From Oscillospiraceae bacterium (lineage in GTDB: Bacteria > Bacillota > Clostridia > Oscillospirales > Oscillospiraceae): a stretch of DNA of 64,000 nt. Position 1 is the stretch's first letter. The number at the start of each line of letters is the position of its first letter. The stretch spans positions 53-64,052 of the forward strand of contig JAZRVW010000037.1 of NCBI GenBank assembly GCA_045599385.1. The letters are read 5' to 3'. The notes beneath the pieces were generated by a model, which was given only the letters and a program-made list of their open reading frames with translations, did no database searches and was not told the origin of the DNA. The translations under genes were made by a program, and so were the position numbers. This document shows positions 34,485 through 43,342 of the stretch, piece after piece.

Positions 34485-37304
34485 TCAGTACAGCTTCTTG
34501 ATTGTCAGAATATTCTTTCCGTTTTCATACTTGTATTTCATATCGTCCATGGTTTTCTTTACGACGAAGATACCGAGACCGCCGATAGAGCGCTCCTCAG
34601 CCGTCAGGCTGGTGTCAGGGTCGGTGTTTGTCAGCGGGTTATAGGGTACTCCCTCGTCCTCAAAGCGCAGGTAAACGCATCTCGGCTCTTCCTTGGCGAT
34701 GAACTTCAATGCCACGGGACCGCGTTTTCCCGTATAAGCATATTTTACGATATTGCTGAATATTTCGTCAATCGCAACGCAGATCTGCATTGTGGATTTC
34801 ATGGGGAAGTCAAGCTTTTCAAGCTCGGTTTCAACAAACTCCGTTACAGCGGGAATATTTTCAATTGTTGCCTCTTCAAAGCGTATTGAAGGAACGGGAG
34901 GCTCGCCGATGTATTTCAGTGCAACCATAGTTATATCATCAAACTGGGGAGCTTCGCCCACGAATTCATCAACATCGCTCTTGACGAATTTGCACAGCTG
35001 CTCCATATTTTCAAATTCGCGGGAATTTACTGCATTCAGCAGACGTTCCTCACCATAAAGCTCGTTGTCGGCATTTGTTGCCTCGGTCACGCCGTCGGTA
35101 TAGAGATAAATGACATCGCCGGGGACAAGCTGAAGCTCCTGGGTCTTATACTTAAAGCCCTCAATGCCTGCAAGGACAAAGCCCGCCCGTGAGCGAAGAT
35201 ACTCGAAGCTGCCGTCGGCATGGCGTACAAGAGGCGGATTGTGGCCTGCGTTTGCAAACTGCAGAAGACCTGAATCAAGGTTCATGCTGCCCTGCCATGC
35301 GGTTACGAACATTCCCGCATCGTTGCCCTCGCACAGCGCATTGTTGCCCATTGTGAAAACATCGCTGAGCGGAGCGTCCATTTCCGTAAGTGTCTTGAGC
35401 TCGGTCTTTGCGCGCATCATAAACATTGCGGCGGGGATTCCCTTGCCCGACACGTCGGCGACAAGGACGTTCAGCGTGTTGTCCGTCAAATAGAAGTCGT
35501 AGAAGTCGCCGCCGACTTCCCTTGCGGGATTCATAATCGCGTAAATATCAAAATCCTTGCGCTTGGGAAATGCGGGGAAAACGTTCGGAAGTGCCGATGC
35601 CTGAATGCTCTTGGCAAATTCAAGCTCTGCGTCAATTCTCGCGGCAGCCTCGTCAATATACCGCTTCAGAGTATCAACCGTTGCGTTGATATCGTCCGAC
35701 AGCGAGGCAAATTCACGGTTAGTACGGACATTGACAACCTCGTCCAGATCACCGCCCGTGATTTTTGCCAGCGACTTGTTGACATCGGTAATGCGGTTTA
35801 CGACAACCTTCTTAATCAGCATGTATATAAGTCCGAACAGAACCGCAAATATAATAATTTCAAGGAATACGTTTACATACAGGGAAACGTCACGTTCGTT
35901 CAGCGCCTCTTGCTCAGGCAGAACGGATACAATGTAGTACCCTTCGGAAACGCAGTAGCTTGCGCGGCACATTTCTTTGTTAATCGAGGTTATAACGGTA
36001 GCGCCCGCATCATGCTTAACAAGCTCTTCAACATCTTCATTCAGCGTTCCCGAATCAATTGTCTTCGGTGAACTGATAACCTCAAAGTTTTCGTTGACTA
36101 TAAGAATATAGCCCGTTTTTCCCACATGGTCATTCTTTGTAAGGTCAACAACCTCATTATCAATGTACGCCTGAAGATGTTCGGCATCGTAGCCGACCTG
36201 AACAAAGCCGCTGTCAGTGCTGACGCCTGCATATTTTCTTATGCTGTTCTGCTCACCTGCTGTGGGAGTTGCATTCATGCGGTAGCCCTGAACGTACTCG
36301 GTCTCTCCTCTTGTCAGACACATGAAGCCTTTGGATTCCTCATAATCTGCGGCATTTGCTCCGATGTTTTCGCTTACGGAGCTGTCCGTTACCGTTCCGC
36401 TGAGGTCAAAGATGTTGACTTCGGCAACACCGTAAGCTTCCGCAATCTCATTTAAATCTTCATATTCTGTTCTTTTCGCAATTTCGCGGGTTATATTCAG
36501 GAGATTTTTGTTCGACGCGTCTTCAATGTCCTGGGCGGTGCCGTCAATGGCAAGGGAAAGCAGCGAATCCGCCTGGTCATCTGCAATTTTGTTCTGAAGC
36601 TTGAATACGAAGAAGGTGGATATGCAGAAGGCAAATGCAACCGCAACCAGCAGCCAGCGCTGTATTGTCTGGGAAATACGGGTGCCCTTCTTTTTCTTTT
36701 CCTTTGAAATATCACCGGCAAGCAGCGCCACCGTGACGGCTGCGAGGAATACCGACAAGCCGTTTGCTGTGACCATAGGAATTGTGCAGGACCTGATGAC
36801 GTCCATAGCCGCATCGGGACTCGCCATGTTTGTGACAAAAACCATGGTAACATGAAAAACTTCCATTACAACGCCGATTGCAAAGGAAATCACCCAGCCC
36901 GGTCTTCTGTCCTCAAACATATATTTGCGCAGTGCCGCGGAATATATACCTGCGAACATAGTTGAAACCGTGCAGGCAACGCGGGTAAAGGTACCGATGC
37001 CCCATGCTACCGCGATCCATCTCTCCGCCGCACCGATTACACCTGCAATCAGGCCCGCAGGCGCACCGAAGAGAAGACCCGCGATAAGAACCGCGGCATC
37101 TCGGCAGTTTACCTGCGCTCCGTTCATGGGTATGCCCCATTCGGTGCCGACAATCGCCAGCGCACCGAATAATACACCGTAAATCGTCTGCTTGACCCAG
37201 CGGCTTAATTTACCGAAAGCCGTTTTTTTGTCGAGCTGATACAGCACTACCGCGGCAATGACCGGCAGCATTACTGCTATTGACAGTTTCATATATGAAG
37301 TCAT
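34485..37304 (-). CDS. multidomain sensor: 5TM-LYT membrane module, Cache-like sensor, HAMP, SpoIIE/PP2C phosphatase, RsbW/SpoIIAB-like kinase (HATPase)
   Basis: LytS-type 5TM N-terminus (NCRDAAVLIAGLLFGAPAGL). Extracytoplasmic ~240 aa between TMs. HAMP (VVNRITDVNKSLAKITGGDLD). PP2C motifs (REVGGDFYDF, LVADVSGKG, LYTDGVTEA). C-terminal anti-sigma kinase-like domain (AIDEIFSNIVKYAY..GGLGIFVVKK). Start ATG 37304 lies behind AGGAGA. Confidence 0.85.
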   Translation of the reverse strand: MTSYMKLSIAVMLPVIAAVVLYQLDKKTAFGKLSRWVKQTIYGVLFGALAIVGTEWGIPMNGAQVNCRDAAVLIAGLLFGAPAGLIAGVIGAAERWIAVAWGIGTFTRVACTVSTMFAGIYSAALRKYMFEDRRPGWVISFAIGVVMEVFHVTMVFVTNMASPDAAMDVIRSCTIPMVTANGLSVFLAAVTVALLAGDISKEKKKKGTRISQTIQRWLLVAVAFAFCISTFFVFKLQNKIADDQADSLLSLAIDGTAQDIEDASNKNLLNITREIAKRTEYEDLNEIAEAYGVAEVNIFDLSGTVTDSSVSENIGANAADYEESKGFMCLTRGETEYVQGYRMNATPTAGEQNSIRKYAGVSTDSGFVQVGYDAEHLQAYIDNEVVDLTKNDHVGKTGYILIVNENFEVISSPKTIDSGTLNEDVEELVKHDAGATVITSINKEMCRASYCVSEGYYIVSVLPEQEALNERDVSLYVNVFLEIIIFAVLFGLIYMLIKKVVVNRITDVNKSLAKITGGDLDEVVNVRTNREFASLSDDINATVDTLKRYIDEAAARIDAELEFAKSIQASALPNVFPAFPKRKDFDIYAIMNPAREVGGDFYDFYLTDNTLNVLVADVSGKGIPAAMFMMRAKTELKTLTEMDAPLSDVFTMGNNALCEGNDAGMFVTAWQGSMNLDSGLLQFANAGHNPPLVRHADGSFEYLRSRAGFVLAGIEGFKYKTQELQLVPGDVIYLYTDGVTEATNADNELYGEERLLNAVNSREFENMEQLCKFVKSDVDEFVGEAPQFDDITMVALKYIGEPPVPSIRFEEATIENIPAVTEFVETELEKLDFPMKSTMQICVAIDEIFSNIVKYAYTGKRGPVALKFIAKEEPRCVYLRFEDEGVPYNPLTNTDPDTSLTAEERSIGGLGIFVVKKTMDDMKYKYENGKNILTIKKLY

Positions 37305-37481
37305 ATATACTCTCCTATGGGTTATGTTGAAAGCTGAACATATTTGCAATACTATATCATTATAATTATATAATACCATATAAAAAAACACAAGAGGAAA
37401 CGCCATATTAAGTACGGCACACGGAATGCAGCTTTATACTAATCTCCGATAATAAATAAAAAAGTGCCCTTGGGCACTTTT

Positions 37482-38258
37482 TTATTTAAGCTTTACTATC
37501 TTTTTTTCCGAATATGCCTTAAGCTGCGCTATGCCTCCGCCGAGGGAAACGGCGCGGAAAATCTCATCCTTGCATTCGGGCTTCCAGTACGTTCCCGCAA
37601 GGGCCGTCACGTTTGTGTTTCTCCAGCCCTCCGCAATCATGGGCGTTGAGGAGCCTGCGATAACCACCTTCTCCGCATTTGCGCACATCTCCAGAAGTCC
37701 GTCAATGCTGCCGTTAATGGTGCTTGAACCCGTGATTATAACCTTATTGCAAAGGGGCAGAAGCTCTTCCTCAAGCTCTGTGGGCAGAACTCTGTCATCT
37801 CCATAATAGGAGAAAACTCCCTGGTCAAATATATGCAGTTTCCCCACTTTGCCCATTAATTGCTTAGCAATTGGTTTTATAAGCCCCACCATTCCCACAA
37901 CATCGTTTTCGGCGGGGTTCATTCCGAAGGCATCGGAGCTGTCATCGTCCACAACATCGGGCATGAGCGAAGCAGCCGCAGTCAGCACAGCGTCACCGAT
38001 TGCACGGCGCACATCGTCCGTTCCCCCGACATATAGCTCTGCCGCCTCTTCTGCGGGAGCGCCGATTAAATCCGCGGCAAAGCCGAAGGCGGCGCACTCA
38101 GGCGGAAGCTCATTGCGCAGTATATATGAAACGCCTATACTGCCGTCGCTGAGTCTGCAGGCCGCAAGCGATATGCCGATGACAATATCGTCCACCGTTT
38201 TACCCGTAAGATATGGTCTTGCGGCATTAAGTATCTGATTTTTCACGGAGTTTTTCAT
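37482..38258 (-). CDS. DUF4213/DUF364 Rossmann-like protein (putative chelatase-like, unknown function)
   Basis: N-terminus IGISLAACRLSDGSIGVSY and a C-terminal Rossmann-like half typical of DUF364. ATG 38258 lies 7 nt after GGGGAG. Confidence 0.7.
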   Translation of the reverse strand: MKNSVKNQILNAARPYLTGKTVDDIVIGISLAACRLSDGSIGVSYILRNELPPECAAFGFAADLIGAPAEEAAELYVGGTDDVRRAIGDAVLTAAASLMPDVVDDDSSDAFGMNPAENDVVGMVGLIKPIAKQLMGKVGKLHIFDQGVFSYYGDDRVLPTELEEELLPLCNKVIITGSSTINGSIDGLLEMCANAEKVVIAGSSTPMIAEGWRNTNVTALAGTYWKPECKDEIFRAVSLGGGIAQLKAYSEKKIVKLK

Positions 38259-38419
38259 ATTGTTTCTCCCCTTTTCATACATAAAGATTAACACACGGCA
38301 GACGTTTTTACAACAAATTGTACGCAGAAGCGGACTTTTATATAAAGCGTCAATTGACATTGCGGTAATATTAAACTATTCTAATAAGGTAATATATACT
38401 CGAAAAGAGGCTGTTTATC

Positions 38420-39667
38420 ATGATAATGGATTGTGAGAAATACATAGGCAAATGCGTCTGCGGCAGAGAGCACGTACTTGAAACCAAGCTTGTTGTCGTG
38501 GAGTCCGGCGCAATAAAGAGCTTTGAAAAGTACATGGCCGATGTCGGTCTTGCAGGTAAAAAAAGAGCCGTGGTTTACGACTCCGTTATCTATAAGCTCA
38601 CCGAGGGCAAGCACGTTTTTGCCGACCAGGAAATCGTACTCGAGTCCCAGGGGCTTCGCGCAGAGGACGTTCTCATTGAGGACATGATGGCAAAGCTGGA
38701 CAGTGACATTGAGGTCATTGTGGCCTACGGCGCAGGCACCATCATGGACTTCGGCCGCTACCCTGCATATAAGCTGGGCATTCCCTTTGTGGCAATTCCC
38801 ACCCTTGCCTCCTCCGACGGCTTCACCGCCAACATCTGCTCCGCAATCATAAACGGTCAGAAAAAGAGCACTCCCATGTGCGCTCCCGTTCTCGTTGTCA
38901 CCGACCTTGACATTATAAGCGGCGCTCCTGCACGTCTTGTTTCCAGCGGCATAAACGACATCCTTGCAAAGTACATCTCCCTTGTGGACTGGAAAATCGC
39001 GAAAATCGTTGACGGCGAATACTTCTGCCCCATGGTTTGCGAGCTTGCGCAGGAGGCTCTTGACATTATGCGCGAGGCAGCCGACAAGTACGCCGCAACG
39101 GGCGTTGCAGACCACGAGGCCATGACCATGGCCCAGATGAAGAGCGGACTCACCATGCAGCTTCTCAACCACTCCCGTGCCGCCAGCGGTGCCGAGCATC
39201 TCATGGCTCACCTTGTGGAGATGCACCCTCCCCGCTTTGAAGAGGCCGAGGGCATTCACGGTGAATGCGTCGGTGTCGGCACCTTTGCCTGCGTGAAGAA
39301 GTATCACGAGCTTGCGGCAAAGGGAACGCCCAAGGCCAAGGCCTTTCAGCCTCTGACTGACGAGTGGATTACCGAAAAGTTCGGTGAAAATCTGGCCGCG
39401 GGCATCATTAAGGAAAACGCTGAGGACATTCTCGGCACCTTCGACCCGCAGAACATCGTCGACCACTGGGACGAAATCAAGGCGCTTATTGATGAAATTC
39501 CTCCCGTTGAGGAAATGGAAGCTCTGTACAATGCCTGCAGCTGCAAATATCTTCCCGAGCATGTGGGCATCAAGCCCGAGCTTTCCGAGGAAATGCTCAC
39601 CATTTCCGCCGCAATCCGCAACCGCCTTACCCTTATCCGCATGATGAGAGTTCTTGATTTTGAATAA
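38420..39667 (+). CDS. iron-containing alcohol dehydrogenase-fold protein, sn-glycerol-1-phosphate dehydrogenase (AraM/EgsA)-like
   Basis: Fe-ADH/DHQS-like fold. GAGTIMDFGRY glycine motif, D..H..H metal ligands (SSDGF, GAEHLMAHLVEMH, HGECVG). Confidence 0.7.
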   Translation: MIMDCEKYIGKCVCGREHVLETKLVVVESGAIKSFEKYMADVGLAGKKRAVVYDSVIYKLTEGKHVFADQEIVLESQGLRAEDVLIEDMMAKLDSDIEVIVAYGAGTIMDFGRYPAYKLGIPFVAIPTLASSDGFTANICSAIINGQKKSTPMCAPVLVVTDLDIISGAPARLVSSGINDILAKYISLVDWKIAKIVDGEYFCPMVCELAQEALDIMREAADKYAATGVADHEAMTMAQMKSGLTMQLLNHSRAASGAEHLMAHLVEMHPPRFEEAEGIHGECVGVGTFACVKKYHELAAKGTPKAKAFQPLTDEWITEKFGENLAAGIIKENAEDILGTFDPQNIVDHWDEIKALIDEIPPVEEMEALYNACSCKYLPEHVGIKPELSEEMLTISAAIRNRLTLIRMMRVLDFE

Positions 39668-39676
39668 GCGAAACAA

Positions 39677-39717
39677 AAAGCCGCTGTCTATATCACTGGA
39701 CGGCGGCTTTATTTTTT
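39677..39717 (+). terminator. rho-independent terminator
   Basis: AAAGCCGC..GTC/GAC..GCGGCTTT stem followed by ATTTTTT. Confidence 0.7.
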
Positions 39718-39850
39718 CTTAAACTTTTTGAACAATTTAATGTATTTTGTGGAATAATGCAAAAAATTTTCAATATGTTGTAATATTACGCAAATAGTCG
39801 CGTCATTAAGGGTGAAAGCAATAATAAATCACGAAAAGGAGGACATAACA

Positions 39851-39916
39851 ATGGTCGGCTTCGTAGTAGCAAATTGGCTTTTCTGGGAAGTATTTGTTCA
39901 GTTCATCGTTTTCTGA
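39851..39916 (+). CDS. micro-ORF 1 (21 aa, aromatic/hydrophobic)
   Basis: AAAGGAGG SD exactly 8 nt before the ATG. Product is MVGFVVANWLFWEVFVQFIVF. Paralogous to micro-ORF 2. Confidence 0.45.
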   Translation: MVGFVVANWLFWEVFVQFIVF

Positions 39917-39966
39917 TTTAACACCCCATCATAATTAGTTTATTATTTTTATAGGAGGAAAGACAA

Positions 39967-40035
39967 ATGATTAAACTCGGTTGGCTCGGCTTCAAGCTTG
40001 CAAACTTCATTTTCTGGGACATCATTGTTTTCTGA
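39967..40035 (+). CDS. micro-ORF 2 (22 aa, aromatic/hydrophobic)
   Basis: TAGGAGG SD exactly 8 nt before the ATG. Product is MIKLGWLGFKLANFIFWDIIVF. Shares the AN[WF][LI]FW[ED] core and the IVF* end with ORF 1. Confidence 0.45.
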   Translation: MIKLGWLGFKLANFIFWDIIVF

Positions 40036-40044
40036 TTTTGAATA

Positions 40045-40077
40045 AAAAAGGCCGTTCCGAAAGGAACGGTCTTTTTT
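40045..40077 (+). terminator. terminator of the micro-ORF unit
   Basis: GGCCGTTCCgaaaGGAACGGTC stem followed by TTTTTT, 10 nt after the ORF 2 stop. Confidence 0.8.
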
Positions 40078-40084
40078 ACGGTAT

Positions 40085-40121
40085 CAAAAAATATCCACAC
40101 CTCTCGGTGTGGATATTTTTT
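40085..40121. terminator. bidirectional terminator hairpin
   Basis: ATATCCACACctctcgGTGTGGATAT stem flanked by an A-run and a T-run. Lies just downstream of the minus-strand 48-aa ORF. Confidence 0.75.
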
Positions 40122-40123
40122 AT

Positions 40124-40270
40124 TTACAGTCTGTTGTCGCGGTCAAGGCTGTCATAGTGTGCCATCATGGGCTTTTCCAAAGCTTTTACAAGCTTTGTGT
40201 CCAGATTGCACCAGTAAATGACCTGAGTGGCAAGGAAGGCTGCGCCGAGAGCGATAAATATTTTTTTCAT
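40124..40270 (-). CDS. small membrane-anchored protein (48 aa)
   Basis: GAGGA SD 7 nt before the ATG. Product is MKKIFIALGAAFLATQVIYWC + a polar tail. Followed by a terminator. Below the track cutoff. Confidence 0.5.
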   Translation of the reverse strand: MKKIFIALGAAFLATQVIYWCNLDTKLVKALEKPMMAHYDSLDRDNRL

Positions 40271-40454
40271 AATACAATCCTCAAAAACAAAATATCAAAC
40301 CTCGTAGAGTTTCGCGTCCGCAGATGCGAAATAAATTTCAATCATTTTTTGCCGCGACATGTGCGTGGCAAAAAATACTTCTCGCGAGCAAACGTGCGAG
40401 CGAAGCGAGTGCAAGCCTCTCTCGTGGAAGTGCTTGCACTTTCACGAAATATTT

Positions 40455-41990
40455 TTACCAGCTTTCGTCATCGTCAAACTCAATGAGGGTGGGGTCAACG
40501 GGCTCCGCGTTCAGAACGGTGGACATGAAGGTGTTCACGTCACCGCGCATATCGCGGCGTGAGATGGAGGTGGGCTCCATGAGGTCCTGACGCACCTTGC
40601 AGAGCTTTGCTCCGCGCTTTCTCGCGCTTTCCTCGAACAGTCCGTTCATGGCGCCGACGCCCTTGCAGGAAATCTGGTCGAAGAGAATTACGAAGTCACA
40701 GTTGAACTCATCGTAGCAGCGCCACATATCGTCAATCATTACCTCGTAGCCGCCCTTGGTGTGAGCGCGCATGGTGGAGGTCTGAACCATATTGGCAATG
40801 CCCATCAGCATACTGTCGCGGGAGGAGGTGTCAATGAGCTGGGAGCCGTGAACGTCAATCATTTCAATGACGCTTTCAACGCCCCAGGCGTTCATAACCC
40901 AGTTGTTGAAGTTTGCATAGTTGTTGGCTGGAGTGTTCCAGATAACAGCGCGGTAGCGGATATCCTTCTTGCACTTGCCCGAGGCAACTTCCTTTGCGAG
41001 AATCTTATTGACCTTGCGGTCATTCGCAACGCCGCGTGGGTCAACGCAGATTACCTGATGCTCAAAAATTCTGTACATCCATGTGGAAGAACCCGTGTGG
41101 GGCGGGAACTTGGTGCGGTTAAACTCCCACTTCTCGAACTTGAGTTTCTGTTCCTCGTTCCAGTTTTCGCAGGCAGCCTTCAGCGCGTCCCAATCGTACT
41201 TCATGCCGAGCTTCTCTTCCAGCCACTGAATTGCGGAGAGAAGTTCCTCAACGGCGTAATCCTGAACCTCGTCCTGCAGCCAGCGCAGAGGAACGTTCAG
41301 CGGGTGGGTTTCAAGGCCGTGGCGGCGGTCCTGAACGGCGGTGGTCATGATACTGCCGTCGCAGGGCATGTTGCAGGTCAGCATGCAGGCGCCGATTTTG
41401 GGGTAGTCGTCGTCAATGGCAACGCCTGCCTCAAAGGAGGGCAGCGGGCACACATCTGCGGGCAGACCGCGCAGTTCGGATTCGTTTATGTAATGTGTGG
41501 TGCTGTGCTGATTGATAAGGGAGGGCAGATAAACGGGAATCATCTGATAGAGAATGGTCTTGGCCTCGGGGAAGCCTGCGGTGACCAGGGCGGGAACAAG
41601 CTCGTCCATGCAGATGATTTTTTTACTCAGCTCCTCGGCCTTCTTGCTGCCGGGGTGCAGATACGCATCGGCGGAAAGGATTGTGTCAAGGTATTCGGTG
41701 ACAACGTCGGTAAGCAGCATGAAGTTGTTTCTGCCGCCGCGTAGCGCTGCACCGCGGAAGCCTTCGCAGCTGCGGTCAAAGAAGGAGGGAACGGTGAGAT
41801 AGGTGAACATCCAGCGGTATCTGAAAATTGCCTTGACGTTCTGCACGGGGTGGCCGAGAGCCCATTTTATAAGCTTGTACCAGAGCTTGCACCACATTGC
41901 ATAGTCATAAGCCGAATCCTTTATGCCGCGCCATTCACGGAACTTGTAAATACCCGTTTTGGGCTGCATATTTTTGCCCATGTTTTTCAT
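40455..41990 (-). CDS. 2-hydroxyacyl-CoA dehydratase family protein (HgdA/D-component-like, 511 aa)
   Basis: HGD-D-family collinearity with Cys ligand regions (ACMLTCNMPCDG, FDQISCKG). ATGA overlap with the upstream partner. GGGGGAGAG SD present. Confidence 0.78.
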   Translation of the reverse strand: MKNMGKNMQPKTGIYKFREWRGIKDSAYDYAMWCKLWYKLIKWALGHPVQNVKAIFRYRWMFTYLTVPSFFDRSCEGFRGAALRGGRNNFMLLTDVVTEYLDTILSADAYLHPGSKKAEELSKKIICMDELVPALVTAGFPEAKTILYQMIPVYLPSLINQHSTTHYINESELRGLPADVCPLPSFEAGVAIDDDYPKIGACMLTCNMPCDGSIMTTAVQDRRHGLETHPLNVPLRWLQDEVQDYAVEELLSAIQWLEEKLGMKYDWDALKAACENWNEEQKLKFEKWEFNRTKFPPHTGSSTWMYRIFEHQVICVDPRGVANDRKVNKILAKEVASGKCKKDIRYRAVIWNTPANNYANFNNWVMNAWGVESVIEMIDVHGSQLIDTSSRDSMLMGIANMVQTSTMRAHTKGGYEVMIDDMWRCYDEFNCDFVILFDQISCKGVGAMNGLFEESARKRGAKLCKVRQDLMEPTSISRRDMRGDVNTFMSTVLNAEPVDPTLIEFDDDESW

Positions 41991-43183
41991 TTCTTCTCTC
42001 CCCCTTCCTGAATCTTCTTGATTTCAAGGCTTTCGACGAAGGCCTGAACACGAGTTGCCAGCTGACCTGAGCCGCGGACAACATATTCACGGTCTATGCC
42101 GAGCGTGGGAACGCCGTATTCCTCACGCAGAATCTGGGTGTTTAGCATACGCTCGTAGCCCCAGAAGTCACAGAACTTCGCCTGCTCGTAGATTATGCCG
42201 TCGGCCTTGTATTCATCAACCAGATACTTTGCGTAGTCCCTGCGCTGCTGAATTTTCTCAGCGGACATGAAGCGGGGACACATATTGGTTTCGAGGTAGT
42301 TTCTGCAAACCTGAGTCAGTGCGCTTTCCTCGTCATTGAGGATAATCTTCTGTCTGCCGGGGAAGGTGCCGAAGCAGTATCGGTCGGCAACAACGTAGCA
42401 GCGGTTGTTCTCAAGGATTTCGGAGAAGGCGTAATCATCAAGCTCGCTGCCGATAACAACAACTCTTGCTCTCCACTTATTTGCGGGGTCGGGTTTGCGC
42501 TTTTTGAGCTCCGCAAGGGTTTCCTTGAGGTAAGGCAGAATGAGGTAAGTCGGGCAGAGATAGCTTGCAATAGAGATGATGTGGAACTCTCTCGGAGTGA
42601 TGACGGGGTTGTCTGCCTTGCGCAGCTCGCACATTTCCTCGAAAACCTCGCACATCTCGTTGTGGAGCTTAATTGCCTCGCGTATGGACTCATCGGAGAA
42701 GTCAACGCCGAATTTTTCCTCAAGGGGCTTTATAAAGCGAAGCTTTATCTGCTCCTCATAAAGCTTCAGGCCGTGGTCGGAAAGCTTCAGCGGAGAATCG
42801 ATTATGCCGTAGTCGAACTTTTTATTGTTCACAAGCTCAAGCTCATGGATATTTTCGACCACACGCACCATCTGCTGACAGGTATCGGAGGAGGCGTAGA
42901 AGTCAAGGAAGTTATAGCCGCCCTCGAAGGCACGCTCAAACAGAGCGCGGACGTAGCCGCAGATGAAGCTTGTCATGTAATACTGGCTGATATCCAGCGA
43001 GCCCGTGTTGGGTGCGCTGAGGCGGACGCTGAAGGCATTGCCGCAGTTAAACAGAGCTTCGGGTATGTAGTAGCAGGAATAGCCCACCGCCACTTTGCCG
43101 TCAGCCTTGGCCTTTTGAACAAGCTCGTTGTTTGCCGATTCAAGAAGCTGTTCAAAATAGTGGATATATTTCAGGTCTTTCAT
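41987..43183 (-). CDS. 2-hydroxyacyl-CoA dehydratase family protein (HgdB-like, 398 aa)
   Basis: HGD-D-family N-terminus (VAVGYSCYYIPEALF..) paired with the 511-aa subunit. Confidence 0.78.
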   Translation of the reverse strand: MKDLKYIHYFEQLLESANNELVQKAKADGKVAVGYSCYYIPEALFNCGNAFSVRLSAPNTGSLDISQYYMTSFICGYVRALFERAFEGGYNFLDFYASSDTCQQMVRVVENIHELELVNNKKFDYGIIDSPLKLSDHGLKLYEEQIKLRFIKPLEEKFGVDFSDESIREAIKLHNEMCEVFEEMCELRKADNPVITPREFHIISIASYLCPTYLILPYLKETLAELKKRKPDPANKWRARVVVIGSELDDYAFSEILENNRCYVVADRYCFGTFPGRQKIILNDEESALTQVCRNYLETNMCPRFMSAEKIQQRRDYAKYLVDEYKADGIIYEQAKFCDFWGYERMLNTQILREEYGVPTLGIDREYVVRGSGQLATRVQAFVESLEIKKIQEGGEKK

Positions 43184-43228
43184 AATTTCCCACCAATCTT
43201 AAAAAATTATCCGTTTAAAGATGTTAAT

Positions 43229-43257
43229 ATAGTAGCACAAAAAACAGTTATTTTCAA
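43229..43257 (-). promoter_or_regulatory. promoter of the dehydratase pair
   Basis: Minus strand reads TTGAAA-17 nt-TACTAT with an upstream TGn. Confidence 0.45.
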
Positions 43258-43301
43258 CAACAGCTACAATTATAAAATATACAAATTCTGCATATTTGCA
43301 T

Positions 43302-43340
43302 AAAAAATCCCCCGAAAGCGATAGTTTTTGGGGGATTTTT
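43302..43340 (-). terminator. dut terminator
   Basis: ATCCCCC...GGGGGAT stem with a T-run on the minus strand, directly after the dut stop. Confidence 0.7.
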
Positions 43341-43342
43341 AT

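Noticed and set aside
40109-40590. Plus-strand ORFs 40109..40486, 40324..40590 and 40359..40562.
   Set aside because: They overlap the minus-strand 48-aa ORF, REP-like hairpins and the 3' end of the dehydratase gene, and they have no SD.
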